Positions 23,158-36,200 of a stretch of DNA of 64,000 nucleotides are shown piece by piece. The notes below the pieces were generated by a model. It did not search any database, had not been told where the DNA came from, and was given only the letters and a program-made list of their open reading frames with translations. The stretch comes from Lama glama (Eukaryota). The stretch lies in assembly GCA_028534125.1 (NCBI GenBank), contig CM052817.1:4032001-4096000 (forward strand), in the 5' to 3' direction. Position 1 is the first letter of the stretch. Each line of letters opens with the position of its first letter. A program made the position numbers and the translations under genes.

Positions 23158-25528
23158 GTATCCTTTCCTGCCGTAGCCCCGCTGTCCACTCACAGGCAGG
23201 CCGGCTCCCGGGTTGGAGCTCAGCTGGCCGAGTTGTAGGCCAGCTGGCCTGAGGGCTTCTGTGTTGTCCGACTTCTTCAGTGAGGTGCCTTCTGGCTCAC
23301 GGTGTGTGAATGACTTGGAATCATGGTGAGTTTATTTATGAAAACTTTAAAACCGTGGCTGCTGAGCATTACATTTGACCCTTCGCCTCCTCCAGGGTGG
23401 CCGTGATCCTGTCATCCAGGGCCCCTACTGGGGACTGGGGAGGAGACGGAGTCCTGGATGAGCCCTCCTGGACAAGGGATGGCCGATGGCCCTGAGACAG
23501 TCCACTGAGGGCTTCTCTAGACCCTCTTCCCTGGGTCCGAGGCAGGTGCATCAGTGTTTGACAGACAGCTTTGGGGTCTCCCCCTGGGCTTAGAGAGATA
23601 ACTGGGGTGTCAGAAGCCCAGCTGGAGGGGGTCAAGGTGAAGGGCCCTGCTTGTGGCCCCCTGTTTCTGGACAAACTGGGACAATAGGATTATAGACTGA
23701 CTCCAGCCCCCACCGACTGTTGAGAAAGAACTGTTGATACGTGAACATGGGCCTAGGGAGGGGTGGAGGCTTGGCCCCGCGGGGGCTGCAGTGGAGAGGG
23801 TAGGCAGGTTACCAAGGTGTCACTACCCTGCAGACTAATAACAGTAACAATGCACAGTGAGGCTCCGTGCCTGATGTTACCGTGTGCTGGCGTGCACGCG
23901 CTTCATCCCCATGGCGCCCGTGGGAGGCAGTACTGTCATGATCCTCCTTTACGATGAGGAAGCCGAGTTGCGGAGAGAGCCCCAGTTAACTTGCTCAAAG
24001 CTCATGCAGCCAGTGGCCCTCCAGTCCTGAGTCCCCATTTCCAATCTTCCCACCAAACTGCCCTTTGTGAAGGATGCCACCCAGACAGTGGTGGAAAGAG
24101 AGGAGGACCCTGAGAGCTGTCCCCGAACATCCACTCGGCGTTGGGTGCTGTCAGCCCTGGGCACCAGGAATTGAGGTCACATGGCTCTCAGCACAGGGGC
24201 CGTGCTGCTCTGCTGCTGCCTCACAGGTCAGGAGCCAACTGTGTCCCTTGGAGCAGAGGCCAGATTGGTGGGGAGGGAGTTAGGGAGGAGGAGGGAGCCA
24301 GTCTGGGGTGTTCAGAGAAGAGAAGGAATGACAAATTGCTGAAAGCCAGGAAATGGCTGGAGACCGGGGCAGGGAAACCTTGGAGCTGGGAGGACAGGAG
24401 CTGGGAGGGACTGAGAGCAGGTAACGATGTTCCCTGAGTCCAGCCAGGGGGTGAGTGGCAAACACCTGGGTTTCAGGGACAGTGAGAGTGGCTGGGAGTC
24501 TGCCTTTGCCGCCTTAAGCTATGTGACCTTGGCAAGTCACTGCACTCCTCTGAGCCCTTGTCTCCTCACCAGCCCCTCCCCCACAGGACCGCAGCAGAAC
24601 AGCAGCCTGTGTTCAGTGAGTCCCTCTGAGATGCACCAACCCCAGGCCTGTTCCTAAAGAGTGTAAAGAAACATTAGCCCCTGTCTCCTCCCTCCTCCCC
24701 AGTGCTCAGTGCTGGCAGGGTGGATGTGGATTGGGGTGGTCAGGAATGTTCCAGGAGGAGCTGGGGCTGGAGCTGCTTCAAGGGATGGAAGCTCAGTCTG
24801 GCTGGATGGAGAGGGCTGGGCTGGGCATCTGCCGGGCTGTTCGTCCATCCAGGCTGAAACCCCAGCAGGTCCCACCCCTGCTTAGGCACTAGTTAGTCAA
24901 GGGTCAGAACACCTCCCTCCACCTGGCTCAGGCAAAACACACACATTTACTGACTTATGAAGGCAAGAGAGCTGCAGATACAGGTGGATCCAGGGGCTCA
25001 GATGGTGTCCTCGGTTGGCTCTCTCTGCTTCTTGCTTCTACTCTCTGCTCTGGCTTCAGCCTCCACATGGCGGTGAGTTGACACCAGCAGTTCAGGCCCC
25101 ACCCTCCCAGAATAACGTACTAGAGGAAAGAGACCAGCTCTCTCTGAACTGTCCCCACGAGCACCCTACAAGCTCTAATTGGGCCTCAGGGGCACCCCTG
25201 CACCCATTACTGTGGGGGTGCAATGTTCTGGTTGGTCAGGCCCTTCCCTGGTGCCGGAGGGGGTCCACTCCACCCCCCACTGAAGGTGCAAGGGGTGATC
25301 TCAGGAGAAACAGGCACTGCCCAGGAGCTGGGGGCTCTCGTGGTGTGGGGCACAGACAGGCATTCTCTGCCGTGTCTGAGGTGCTGACCGGCTTCCAGCA
25401 GAATACAGTGAGGAGCCACACAGGAGCCCCAGGGCTGCAAATGGGGCAGGTGTGGGACTCACTGGACGGCGGCCAGCCGGCCTCAGCTTCCCTCACAGCA
25501 CTCTACAGTTTACAGAGCAGCTTCCCAT

Positions 25529-26023
25529 TGTCAACTGAAAAACAATGCGCAACCTAAAAGTTGAGAATTACATCTTTTCGGCAGACTTCCTGAGGATTTC
25601 AAGCCCCAGGAAGCAGCTGCTGAGAGCACTCGGAGGGGCTGCTCCGAAGAGGTAAGGGAGGAGCCAGGATACGTAGGAGTTTTACAACAAAAACCAGGTA
25701 GAAGGAACATCAAAAGATTACTGTTAATTAGAGAAAACCAGGCATCTCAAGTTAATGAATTTAGCGCTTTTCTGTGTATGGGAAGATGCAAGAGTCTGGG
25801 CTCATTGGAATCGTTCCTTTGATGTGCGCCTCAGCTGTCCGGGGCCAGTGTCCTGTTCTTTCCTATTCTGAGTCCCCTGGGCTGAGGGCTTGGCCACGGG
25901 CATCTGTCTCCATCCTGAGCTCCCTCGGGGCTCGCCATGGGGTGGGAAGGGGGCGGCTTCAGTGGCTTGATGGCTGCGACATCCTTTGTTTACTGATGCG
26001 GCAGGCAACAATTTTCATCCACA
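25529..26023 (-). mobile_element. Solo ERV1-type LTR (MER41-related, cetartiodactyl type)
   Basis: TG...CA termini (tgtcaactgaaaaac...ttcatccaca), 495 bp; 4-bp flanks ccat/ctgt are both derivable from CCGT by CpG decay; family name from recollection. Confidence 0.75.
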
Positions 26024-26619
26024 CTGTTCACAGTCTCCCTTGGTGCTCCCGACGGCACGAAAGCAAAGCAGCAGCAATGGTACCATTACCCCATTTTGCA
26101 GATGAGGAAACACAGGCTCAGGAGATGGGCGGGCCCGAGGTCCCTGGCAGCAGCAGAGCTGGGGCTCCTGTTCAGGCCTCTGAGGCCTGGCCCTGCCCTC
26201 GGGCTGCAGCCTTGGAACAGTGGCTACCAACCCCCCCAGAGCCCCAGTTTCCTCATCCTAGGACCAGGGTGCAGACGGTAACCCCGGCCGATTTATCTCC
26301 CTGGGCTGTTTTGAGGATTCAGTGACACCGTGAATGCCGGGGCCCTTTAAAAACCACGGCCCTGCAGCTGTGTAAGGGGTTATGTTTCATTTCATTCAAC
26401 CATCAGTTCCTGGTGCCTCTTTCGTGTTCAGCCCTGGGGACACGGGGATGAATGAAAGAAACTCAGCTTCTTCCTCAAGGGCCTAAAGGGCCACCCGGGG
26501 ACACAGCCCTGACCTGGGTGGTGTCAGGGATGTCATCCTTGCTGTAACCCAGGTCTGCACACACTGTCTGGGCTACCAGGGAGGACTGAGAAGGAAGCAG
26601 GTTAGGACTTGCCCGGTGG

Positions 26620-27149
26620 TTTTGCAGGAAAATAGGGCTCGAGAGGATGGGCGTGTCCCAGGTCTCGGGCGAGTCAAGTGAGGGTCCTTGGCTTTGAGCA
26701 GGGAAGAATTCAGGAGCGAACGATAGTGAAGTGACAGGAGGTTTATCCAGGGAGACACACACTCCGCAGATGGGGTGTGGGCTGTCTCAGAGGGCCAGAG
26801 AGCAGCCCCGAGGCGTGAGGTCGTTAGTTTTTATGGGCTGGGTGATTTCATAGGCTAACAAGTGGGAGGATTACTCCAACTATTTTAGGGAAAGGGCAGG
26901 GATTTTTAGGAATTGGGCCACTGCCCGCTTTTTGGCATTTTATGGTCATCCTCGAACTGTCGTGGCGCCTGTGGGGGGGCCACTTAGCAGCTAATGTATT
27001 ACAATGAGCCAGTGATGAAGCGCAAGGTCTCCTGGGAGTGGCATCTTCTGTCATCTTGGGCCTAGTTGTTCTAACCAGTATTTGTCCCATCCTCAATGGC
27101 TATGTCATTCTTTTAATGGTTGTGCCCTGCCCCCTTCCCTCCTGTCTCA
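26620..27149 (-). mobile_element. Solo ERV LTR (family not identified)
   Basis: Minus strand begins TGAGACAGGAGGGAAGGGGGCAGGGCACAACC, ~530 bp; left boundary and TSD uncertain. Confidence 0.65.
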
Positions 27150-30100
27150 GGGCTGTGGGTGGACTGGATTCCAGAAGACAAGTCTGGAAGCCAGGAGACC
27201 GAGTAGATCCAGGGAGAGATGGAGATGGGTAGGGCGGAGTATAGCCATGGGCAAGAGGCTGAGAGGTAGCTTGACAGTTAAAACATAGACTTTGTAGATA
27301 GATATGGGGCTATATCATAGCTGTCTTTTGGACATGGGTGGCCACAGGACATTGGAACGGGTTAGCTGTGAATAAGAAAAGAGGACGGATCCATCCCAGG
27401 ACTATAAGCAGTCCTGCCCAGTCATTACTGTAGCTTCTCCTTCTGGCCCCATCTTAAACACACAGAGTGTGCCCTGTCCAACGGTATGCTTGAGAGCACA
27501 CCATTCACCAGTAGATTTATTGAGCACCTGCTGTGTGCCAGGCCCTGTGCCCAGTGCTTGAATTAGATAGACAAAGACTCATGCCCTCCTGGAACGGACA
27601 TATGATGTAATGATGATAAACCATTAATATAATAAACAAGTAAAATAGCCAGTGCGTGAGCAGGTGATACGTGCTGCGGGGAATGCGTGGGACCAGCGAG
27701 CATGCTGGGCTGAGTTTTTCTCCAGCCACAATTCGCCGACTGGCTGCAGGTGCAGAGCGGGTGGAAAGGGAGCCAGGGTGGTGGGTTGGCCCATTGAAGG
27801 TGCAGACTTCTGGTGGGCTAGTGGCGTATGCAAGGGAGTGAAAACAATGGTTGGCCCCAGAATCTAAGCCAGGCAGGGAGGTGAGGGCTAGTGACAAGAG
27901 GGAGCATAAGTAGATGTGGAGGTCCCTGTGGGAACCCAGAGGGGCTTCCCTGGTTGCAGATCTTGCCACGTATTCTGTTAAACCTGTGTGTAGCCTCTAA
28001 TTTTGTGGAAAGGAATTGGTAGTTGATCAAAATATACAACATCTTGGCCCTTAGAGACAGGTGAGGTGTGCCTTTCAAAATACTGGAGACGCAGGGGCCA
28101 GGCTCAAGGCAGCCCTGCCTGTAGAACCCAAGTAGCACTTAGGCAGGCAGGAGGAGCTGAGTGGCATCTCCAGGGTGTGTGGGGCCCTGGAAACTCCCCC
28201 GATTAGATGAGTTCATCAGGGAACGTGCTGCCTGAGGCGCTCCCCACGGCCTGCTGCTGCTTGGCCAGCAGAGTGACAAGACACTGGGGCCCAGAGCAGA
28301 GAGACCTGGTGCTGTCCCACACGTCCAGCCTCCCCTGGCCAGGAAGGTGTCGGCACTGAGTTGCAGGTGCAATGATGGGTCTGATAGCAGCTGAGTAATT
28401 AGAAAAGGCGTTTCATTTCCAACGTGGGAGGAGGCCAGAGAGGTGGCTGTGACCCCACGCCAAGCTGGGGAATTGCTTTGAATTTGGAAACACCTTTTGA
28501 GCAAGGACCTCCTGTGGGATTCTGGACCTGGGGGCTCACATTCCTTTAACTCTTGCTCTTCGGTATCTTGATTTGTCCTGATGCTGCTGTTCAGTCCTCA
28601 AAGCCACTGAGAGCGTATTGCTGCATTACCATCTCGTGTCCAACTAGTAACACTTTCTACTTAAGCAAAATTGATCTTTAGCAAAAGTTTTAAAGGAAAG
28701 AAAAACTTTTTAATGAAGGAGAAAAACAAGCATTGTTTTGACCAGTAAGAATAGTCATAAAGCTGACTCTGAGGACCGTTCCTCTTCTAGTTCTAGAACT
28801 GGCTGCTCTGAACAGAGGGAGGGGAGCCTGGCGCTTCCTGAGCCCCTGCACTGTGCCGGGCACATACACCACGCGGGGCTTGCATCTGTCACCGGGGTTC
28901 CCAGCCTCCTTCCCCTCCTTCACCCACAAAATGCAAAGAGGTGCCAAGCCCTTTCCATTCTCCCCCTGTTGGCCCTGGCATCATGCCCTCCCCTCCTCCT
29001 CATCAAAGGCCCGGCTCAGGTCGCCCCTTACTTGCCAGGACTGTTGTCTGCATCCCACCTTGTCCAGCCAGCTGGCCCCCCACCGGGCTGCTAGAGAGGC
29101 TCAGTGGAGCTCTGGTCTGACCACACCAGTCCTCTGTGTGAAGTTCTCAGTGGGTCCCCATCAGCTGCTGAAGAATGTCTGAATCCCCAGCAGTGCCCTG
29201 CAGCTCTTGGTGACCGGCCCACCTCCCCGGGGTCCTGTGCATCAGACTTGCCTGCACCTTCAGGCTGTTGGGTTTTCCTTCGTGTTACCAGGGGTGGGAG
29301 CAGTGCTCTGCCTTCCGCTGACCCTTCTCCGGACCATCCTCCCTCCCTCTTGTAGACTGGCTGGCTTCTGTTTGCCCACAAGCATCCCTCACAGCCCCCT
29401 TGGCCCAGTCACCCCAGCTCTGTCCACTCTGCGCTCCTCCCAGTCTGCTTGAGCCCCTCTGGGTCCACACTCCCTGGTCACACTGGGCTCTTGTCATCTG
29501 TTAGTGTGACCACCTCCAGCCTGCATTTTCTGGTGAAACCCTGGAGATTAGGACCCCCATCTGAGCTCTCTGTGTCCCCACACATGATGCAGGCCTGGCA
29601 CATCGTAGGTGGTTATGAATGGTTGTAGATGGCGACTTTGGAGGGAGGAAGTTCACATTTCCGTCTGGTCTTTGGATACAGATGCCTCCTTGTAAATCTA
29701 GGCTGCAGTGTGGGGGCTCCAGGACCCCTGAAGCTACAGAGAAGCCATCTGGGCTCTGGCGTCCGGCAGAATTGTGCTCAGATTCATTGCTTTACCTCCT
29801 TTGTCGTCAATTTGCATGACTGTAAAATGGGCCAAATTCCTTATCATATGGATATTTGTAAGGAATGAAGGACTCATTCGCATACAGGGGTTGTCAGTTG
29901 GCCAGTATTATTTTCTCTCTTAGACGACAGCCCCTCAAATACTGAAGGCTGTTTTTCATGAAATCCCTGCGTTTTCTCTGATCTTTGAAGCCCTTTTCCC
30001 CCAGTGCCATCTCCATATCTGTGTAAACAACCTCTCATGCTCTTTAATACCAACATTTTGAGACTGTTAGGCAGTGCTGGGAGGTTTTTCTTGAGTTTGA

Positions 30101-30770
30101 AGCATCTTAAAGGTAACAGATTGCACAGGAGGCCTCAGCTGATGGACCCCTGCTTTATTTTTAGCACCCGGAGAATTGTAAAGATAGTTCAATTGATTTT
30201 TCTCCCTCTGAGCAATTTCTCAGGGTGGAAGCTGGCATCACACCAAGCCTCCGTCTGGAACAAATTTCTAATTCTCATTTACGTAGCAGGTGCTGAAGCT
30301 CGGCAGGATGGTGAAGCAGCTCCAAACCTTGGTCAGCACTGCTGGGCTTGTTCTCCGCACAGAGAGCCAAGGAGGGGACTGATCAAGGCTCTGTGCTGAG
30401 CAAAACCCTAGAGCCTGAGGGCCAACCCTGCCTCTGAGAGTCACTCAGGCTTTCTGAGCCTCGCTTTTCTCGTTCATGCAGTGGGTGTACCTCCTGTGCT
30501 GGGAGCTGTGGGGGCAGAACGGCCAGGGAGAACAGGGCCCGATGCACCGTAGACACGACCCACTCCAGCCTGTGACCACTGTCAGGCACCATACAGGTTG
30601 ACTCTTTTCTTCCTCCCACAGAGAGGAAAAGTGGTGTGCATCTGTTCAAAAGTGCTCCAAGTCCAAATCCCCAAAATCATGTGGCTAAACCATCACCAAC
30701 GCCACTGCTTTAAGGGCTCAGCATGGTCGGGAAGTTGGTGGGTCAGCCTCCACCACCTCTGAGGGCTCCG

Positions 30771-30791
30771 TGTGCTGTCCGTGGTGCTGAC
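30771..30791 (-). promoter_or_regulatory. RE1/NRSE (REST binding site)
   Basis: Minus strand GTCAGCACCACGGACAGCACA versus consensus TTCAGCACCACGGACAGCGCC: 18/21, with 17 contiguous core matches. Confidence 0.85.
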
Positions 30792-32558
30792 TCCTCCCAG
30801 CGCATAGTGCTTCCCCATCTCCATTCTCACCACTTCCCACACCACCGTCACCTCTTACTGAGCACTTGCTCTGCCAGACAGCGTTCTATCGCAGGGAACA
30901 TACTGACCTATTTAATCCTCCTGACATCACAGCGGAATAGGCATGATAACATCCCCCCTTTACAGGGGAAGAAACTAAGCTACAGAAAGCTTAAGTAATC
31001 TACCCAGAGTCACCCAGCTAGCAAGTGGGTGCGATTCAGACTTGCAGCATCTGGACGCAGAACCCCTGCACGTCACTGTCACGCCCCACCACCTCTCAGT
31101 CATGATAGTAACAACTTCCACGACAGCCACTGTCGTTGCTCATTTATTGCAGGCGCTGGGCTGAATGCACTGCACTTGCTGCACTTAACCCTCCCAGCAG
31201 CTCGTGTCGGTGGGCTGTCATTCCCTCCATTTTGCAGATGTGGGGACAAACTCTGAAAAGTGGATGCTGTTGCCTGTGGGCCCCTCCTAGCCCCGGTCGA
31301 TCAGATTGCCCTTCCAACCCCATCCATGCAATAATGTTTCTGGCTCTTGTTTTGGATCCTAAGGGAATGCAGGTGCTGTTTGCACTGTTGCAGGACAGAG
31401 TAGGGATTGATTCATATCATGGGTGGCCAGATGCATGGGCTTTGGCAACTGTATGATGTTTCTAACATTTCTTCTAGGTGTTGGGGACATGCGACTCCTT
31501 GGTGCTTCCTGTCCCTTCCTGACAGGTCTCCATGGCACTTCTCTAACACCCTCCTGATTAAACCCCCTGGATTCCAGGCCAAAGTCCTGTCACCCACCCT
31601 CTCTCTCTCCCTCTTGGGGCTCCAGCAGCCTGTCCTCTCACAGCTCCTCAGCCTTACACTTCCTCCAGCCTGGCTCCCTTCCTGGATAACTCCTCCACCC
31701 TCAGCTTAATGCCTTTGCCTCAGAGGACACTTCCCTGACTCTCCAGACAAGCTCTGCACTTTGTTATAAACCCCGTCGCATGCCCCCTGTATGTCTCCTG
31801 GAGCATCAGTCGTGAGGCTAATATCTGGTTTCAGTGCTGGGCTAGGAGCCTGAGAAGTCAGGACAGGGTCTGGTTTTCCCTTTCTTGGTGCCATGAGAAG
31901 GTAGCCAGCTGGCTATATCCCAGCTCTGTCCCCCTTGAGTTCTCCCTCCCAACTCTAGGTTGGATGCAAACCCAGGCATGCGATCCAACACAAACCCTCA
32001 CTGTCCTTCCAGGGTAAGACAAATATTACACGTTTTACAACCGGCTTGATTTCATGTTTTTTTTTTTTCAGAGGAGTAGAAATGCTCTGATTCTTATTTA
32101 ACTAACTTTGTTGCTGAAAGTACCAGCCACCTGCTAGGGTCTTTGGCTTATGTAAATTCATTAAATCTTCATTACAGCCCTGCAAAGCAGATGGTACCCA
32201 CTCATTCTACAGATAAGAAAAGCAGGGCACAGAGAGGTTGAGTTTTCCAGAGGTCACACAGCTGTTACTCAGTGGAACTGGACTATCAAGCTCTGGTTTT
32301 TGTGCAAACAGTGCATTCTTGCTTGTTTAAGCATCTGGGAATCACATAAGCTGGCTTGTGGTGGAGGTGTGCAGATGGGCTCACCACACAGAGAAACATC
32401 ACACACTCGAAAGCTTCTGTGTGCTTGTACACAGAGGTGGTTACTAGAAATAGCCCCTTTCCCACAGCGCCATGTGGCCCCAGCTGTCTGATCCTGCTCT
32501 CTGAGTGGGATTGCACCATCCTAGTTAATAAGGTTCTGAGCAGAGAAGGGAAGGAGGC

Positions 32559-32938
32559 TGTTACGGACTGAATTTTGTCTGCTCCAAATTTGTATGTTGA
32601 AGCCCTAACCTCCAGCACCTCAGAAAGTGACTGTATTTGGAGTTAAGGTCTTTAAAGAGGTGATTAAGGTGAAATGAGGTCATGAGGGTGGGTCCCAATC
32701 CAGTATGACTGGTGTCCTTATGAGAAGAGGGATTAGGACCCAGACACACACAGAAGGATGACCACATGAGGACGCAGTGAGAAGATAGCTGCAAGCCATG
32801 GGGAGAAGCCTCAGAAGGAACCAACCCTGCTGACACTCTGATCTTGGACTTCCAGCCTCCAAGACTGTGAGAAAAGAGTTTTCTTCTGTTTAAGCCACCC
32901 AACTGTGGTATTTCACTTTGGTGGCCCAAACAAACTGT
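32559..32938 (+). mobile_element. MaLR LTR (MLT1A/B-like)
   Basis: tgttacggactgaat...gtatgttgaagccctaacc...ggacttccagcctccaagactgtgaga...gtttaagccaccc. Confidence 0.85.
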
Positions 32939-34409
32939 TACCGAGGCACAAGTTGCCAGGAACCTCCTGTAGGATCTGACCCGGTTTGACCAGAGTGCTC
33001 ACAGATCATTTTTGTAGCCAGGTCATCCTTTAAAGAAAATCTGCTGGGAAAAAGCAGCTTTGCTGGCCGTGCCCCAGTGAGACTGCGTCTGTGTGCAGGA
33101 GGCCTTTCTGGGCACCTCCACACCAGCATCCTTGGGGAGCCTGTGTGGGAGGCTCTGGTGGTGTGGTCCTTGGCAGAGCTGCTTCCATTCTCACTCTGCA
33201 GCTGCTCTGTTGCTATGGTAACAGCCTCCTCCTCCTGCAAGTGTGCTCCTGCTGAGACATCTGGATAAACCACACTTTGCGTGGTTCAGTCAGTGGAGCC
33301 CAAGGCCACATCCTTCTCTTCATGGAGTCCCTGCCCACTCTGGACATCCAGCTTGCCCTGGACATAGCCAGTCCAGCGAGCCCCGGCAGCAGGCCCTTGG
33401 GAGTGCTGACCCCCCGGGAAAGCTGCATGTTGTGCGGAGATGCCGTCACTCCAGAACGGAGCGGGCAGCGGGAGGAACACGGGCTGGGACTTAGGAAGCC
33501 AGGGGTCTATCCTTGCTCTGCCAGGCTCCACCTCTGGCCCTGGGCCAGTCTCTTCCCTGCCTTGGCCTCCCTCTCCTTGGGATGGTGGGCGATCCCTTCC
33601 TGCAGGGACACCTCAGAGGTGTCCTCACCAGCCCTCCAAGGGTTTGACTCTGTCTCCAGGCTCTTTTTCTTGCTGTGTTTTCACAGTCATCTGTCTTGGC
33701 GCAGCTGCTGAAGCCCGGCACATTCGTTGATATTTGGCACTCCCTGGGCTTTTGTGGGGTGCTTTCTGTACCCATTTCCCATTTGAGCTCCTCGCTGGAA
33801 CAAGCCAGTGACATTTATTCATTTCACGTGCCTGACCCACCTAGCGGTCGGTGGAGGTTTTCCCAGTGGATGAGTGACGACCCTTGTACCTGTGCCCCCG
33901 AGGGGACAGTGACGGGAGACCAAGGCACAGAGAGGAGAATCTCCCAGGAGTGAGGGCCCAGAAACACGGTCACCTTCTCTCCGACATTTGAGAGGCCATT
34001 TGAGTGGGATCCCTCGTGGCGTAGTTTCTGACTGAGGGCTGGCCCCTGTGCTGGTGGTGTGCGGGGGCTGGTTTCAGGACATCAGGCAGTGCCTTTGGCA
34101 GCAGGAAATGAAGGAGTTTCTATAAAAATCTCTGCAAACTTGATGACTCTGCAGGCCTGTCTGGATTACATTCCTGTGTTCTTGGCAGGAAGAACCAGAG
34201 ATTTCATTCTGTGATGGAACAGGTCAAACCCCTGTTCTACTGACTCCTCCTGTACTGACTCCCCCAGGCATTTGACGTATTGGCGATAGGGAAGGGGGGC
34301 TTCTGTTACAAGAGCAAGATTGCAATCCCTCTTCTAGACGGGGGTCAGGAAAGAGTAGCCCACTGGGGAGAGGTGGGCGCAGGAATCCACCAGCTTATAC
34401 AGCTTGATG

Positions 34410-34558
34410 GGGACACAGCCACACCCACTCATTTGCATACTGTCTTTGGCTGGCTTTGCACCGCAGAAGCAGAGGTGAGTAGCCTACATGAGCTGTCCTG
34501 GTGAGTTCAGCCTAAATTTACTCTCTGGCCCTTGACAGAAAATGTCTGCAGACCCCTG
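34410..34558. mobile_element. MER58-like hAT DNA transposon relic
   Basis: acacagccacacccactcatttgcatactgtctttggctg...tctggcccttgacagaaaatgtctgcagacccctg. Confidence 0.7.
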
Positions 34559-36200
34559 GTCTAGAGGGTTATACTTGTGTATATTCACACTTGGGGCTGG
34601 AGCCAGACAGCCACCAGAACCAAAGACGTCTTCTCAGGCCCTGGCATTGTGCCGCGTGCCTTCCTGGTTCACTTACAAAGCACCTACTCTATGCCAGGGA
34701 CCCCTCCCCGTTCTCAGCACATCACGTGTGCCATCATAATTAATCCTATTGCTACCCTAGGAGGTAGGGTGTACCTTTGCCATTTTGAACTTGGGGAAAC
34801 TGAGGCACAGAGAGGTTTAGAAACTTGCCCAAGAACACACAGCTAACAAGCAGCAGAGCCTGGATTCAGCCTCAGGCCACTGGGGCCACGGTTCTCACCC
34901 AGGCTCTGCTTTGCCTCCCAAGTCACAGTGGGTGTATTTCAGACTCTGGAACCCAATTTAGTTCTAGTCCCAGCTGGCCCGCCTCTGCCTGGCCCTGAGC
35001 AAGTGGCTTCTCTTTGCTGAACCCCTGTTTCTTCATCCATAGAAGGGGGTACACCTCCCTCACATGTGGAGAGGATGTGAAGCCATCTGCTCAGAGCCAG
35101 CCCACGGCCCATTTTGGGTGAGTATGGGTATAAACTGGAGTTTAAGGTACAAACAGGAACAGGATTTTGCCCACAGTCAGATGAACAGGACAGGCCGGCC
35201 AGCAGCCTGAAAAGATAAGCACTGACGGGTGTATGAGCGCAGCACGGAGGAGACCAGAGGGGTTCTAGTAGGGAATCGGCCTTCCTGACGAGCTCAGCAG
35301 AAACCCGTGAGCTTCCCGGGTTCTGTGATGCTCTTGAGCTTGGCTGGCTGCAGCAAGCTTCGGGGTTGGTGGCTTATCTTAATGGCCCCCATAAGTGACA
35401 TTCTGCTCCTAAAAGGACCCCACCCCCCGCATACACACACATTCCTCATGGCCTGGAGTCTTCTTGAGTCTGCTGTTCAAAACCACTTTAAGGGCATCTT
35501 CTCCTCAAGATGGGTTTGAATTTTCCCGCACTCTTGCAGCCCTGATCGGAGGGGCCCACAATGGGCTGATTCATTCATTCACTCCAGCAACTGTTTACTA
35601 AGCACCTGCCATGTGCTAGGTGCTCCTCTAGGCACTGAAGGTGCAGCAGCTATCTATGTGGACAAGTTCCCGCGCTCACTAGGGGGGCAGACGGCCAACA
35701 GATAAGCCATTGACAATAAGTAGCAATTGATGCTTGCAAAAATAAAAGGTGCGTATGGGTGTGTGTGTGTGTTTAATGCAAAGTAAAAGAAATAGGTTTA
35801 TTTGGGGGAGGGGGGTTTGTAGGAGAAGGCCACTTTGTTAAGGAGCCTTCGGACGGAGATCTGAAGGACATTAAGGAAAGAGCCTTGCAGATATTTGGGA
35901 GAGTTGCTCTCTAGACAAAGGGAGTAGGAAGTGCAAAGGCCCTGTGGTAGAATGGTTGTTGTCACATCCTAGAATGGACCAAGGGGTGGGGACCCCCACA
36001 GAAGGCTGTGGGAGAAAGAACCTCAGTAGACTTACAGTCACACATCCTGGGTTCAGATGTCAGCTCTGCTGCTCACTGGCCTTGGGAACCTCTGAGGAGC
36101 CTTCTAAATAAAGCTAAAGCAGCATCACCCAGCTTCCATGCCTGGACTGGGGCTGGGGGACAAATGGCAGAGAACAGGGTTTCTAAATTGAAGGACTGTT

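Noticed and set aside
25368..25389. Second RE1-like site (TCAGCACCTCAGACAC, minus strand)
   Set aside because: Two mismatches in the GGACAG half-site; too weak to call.
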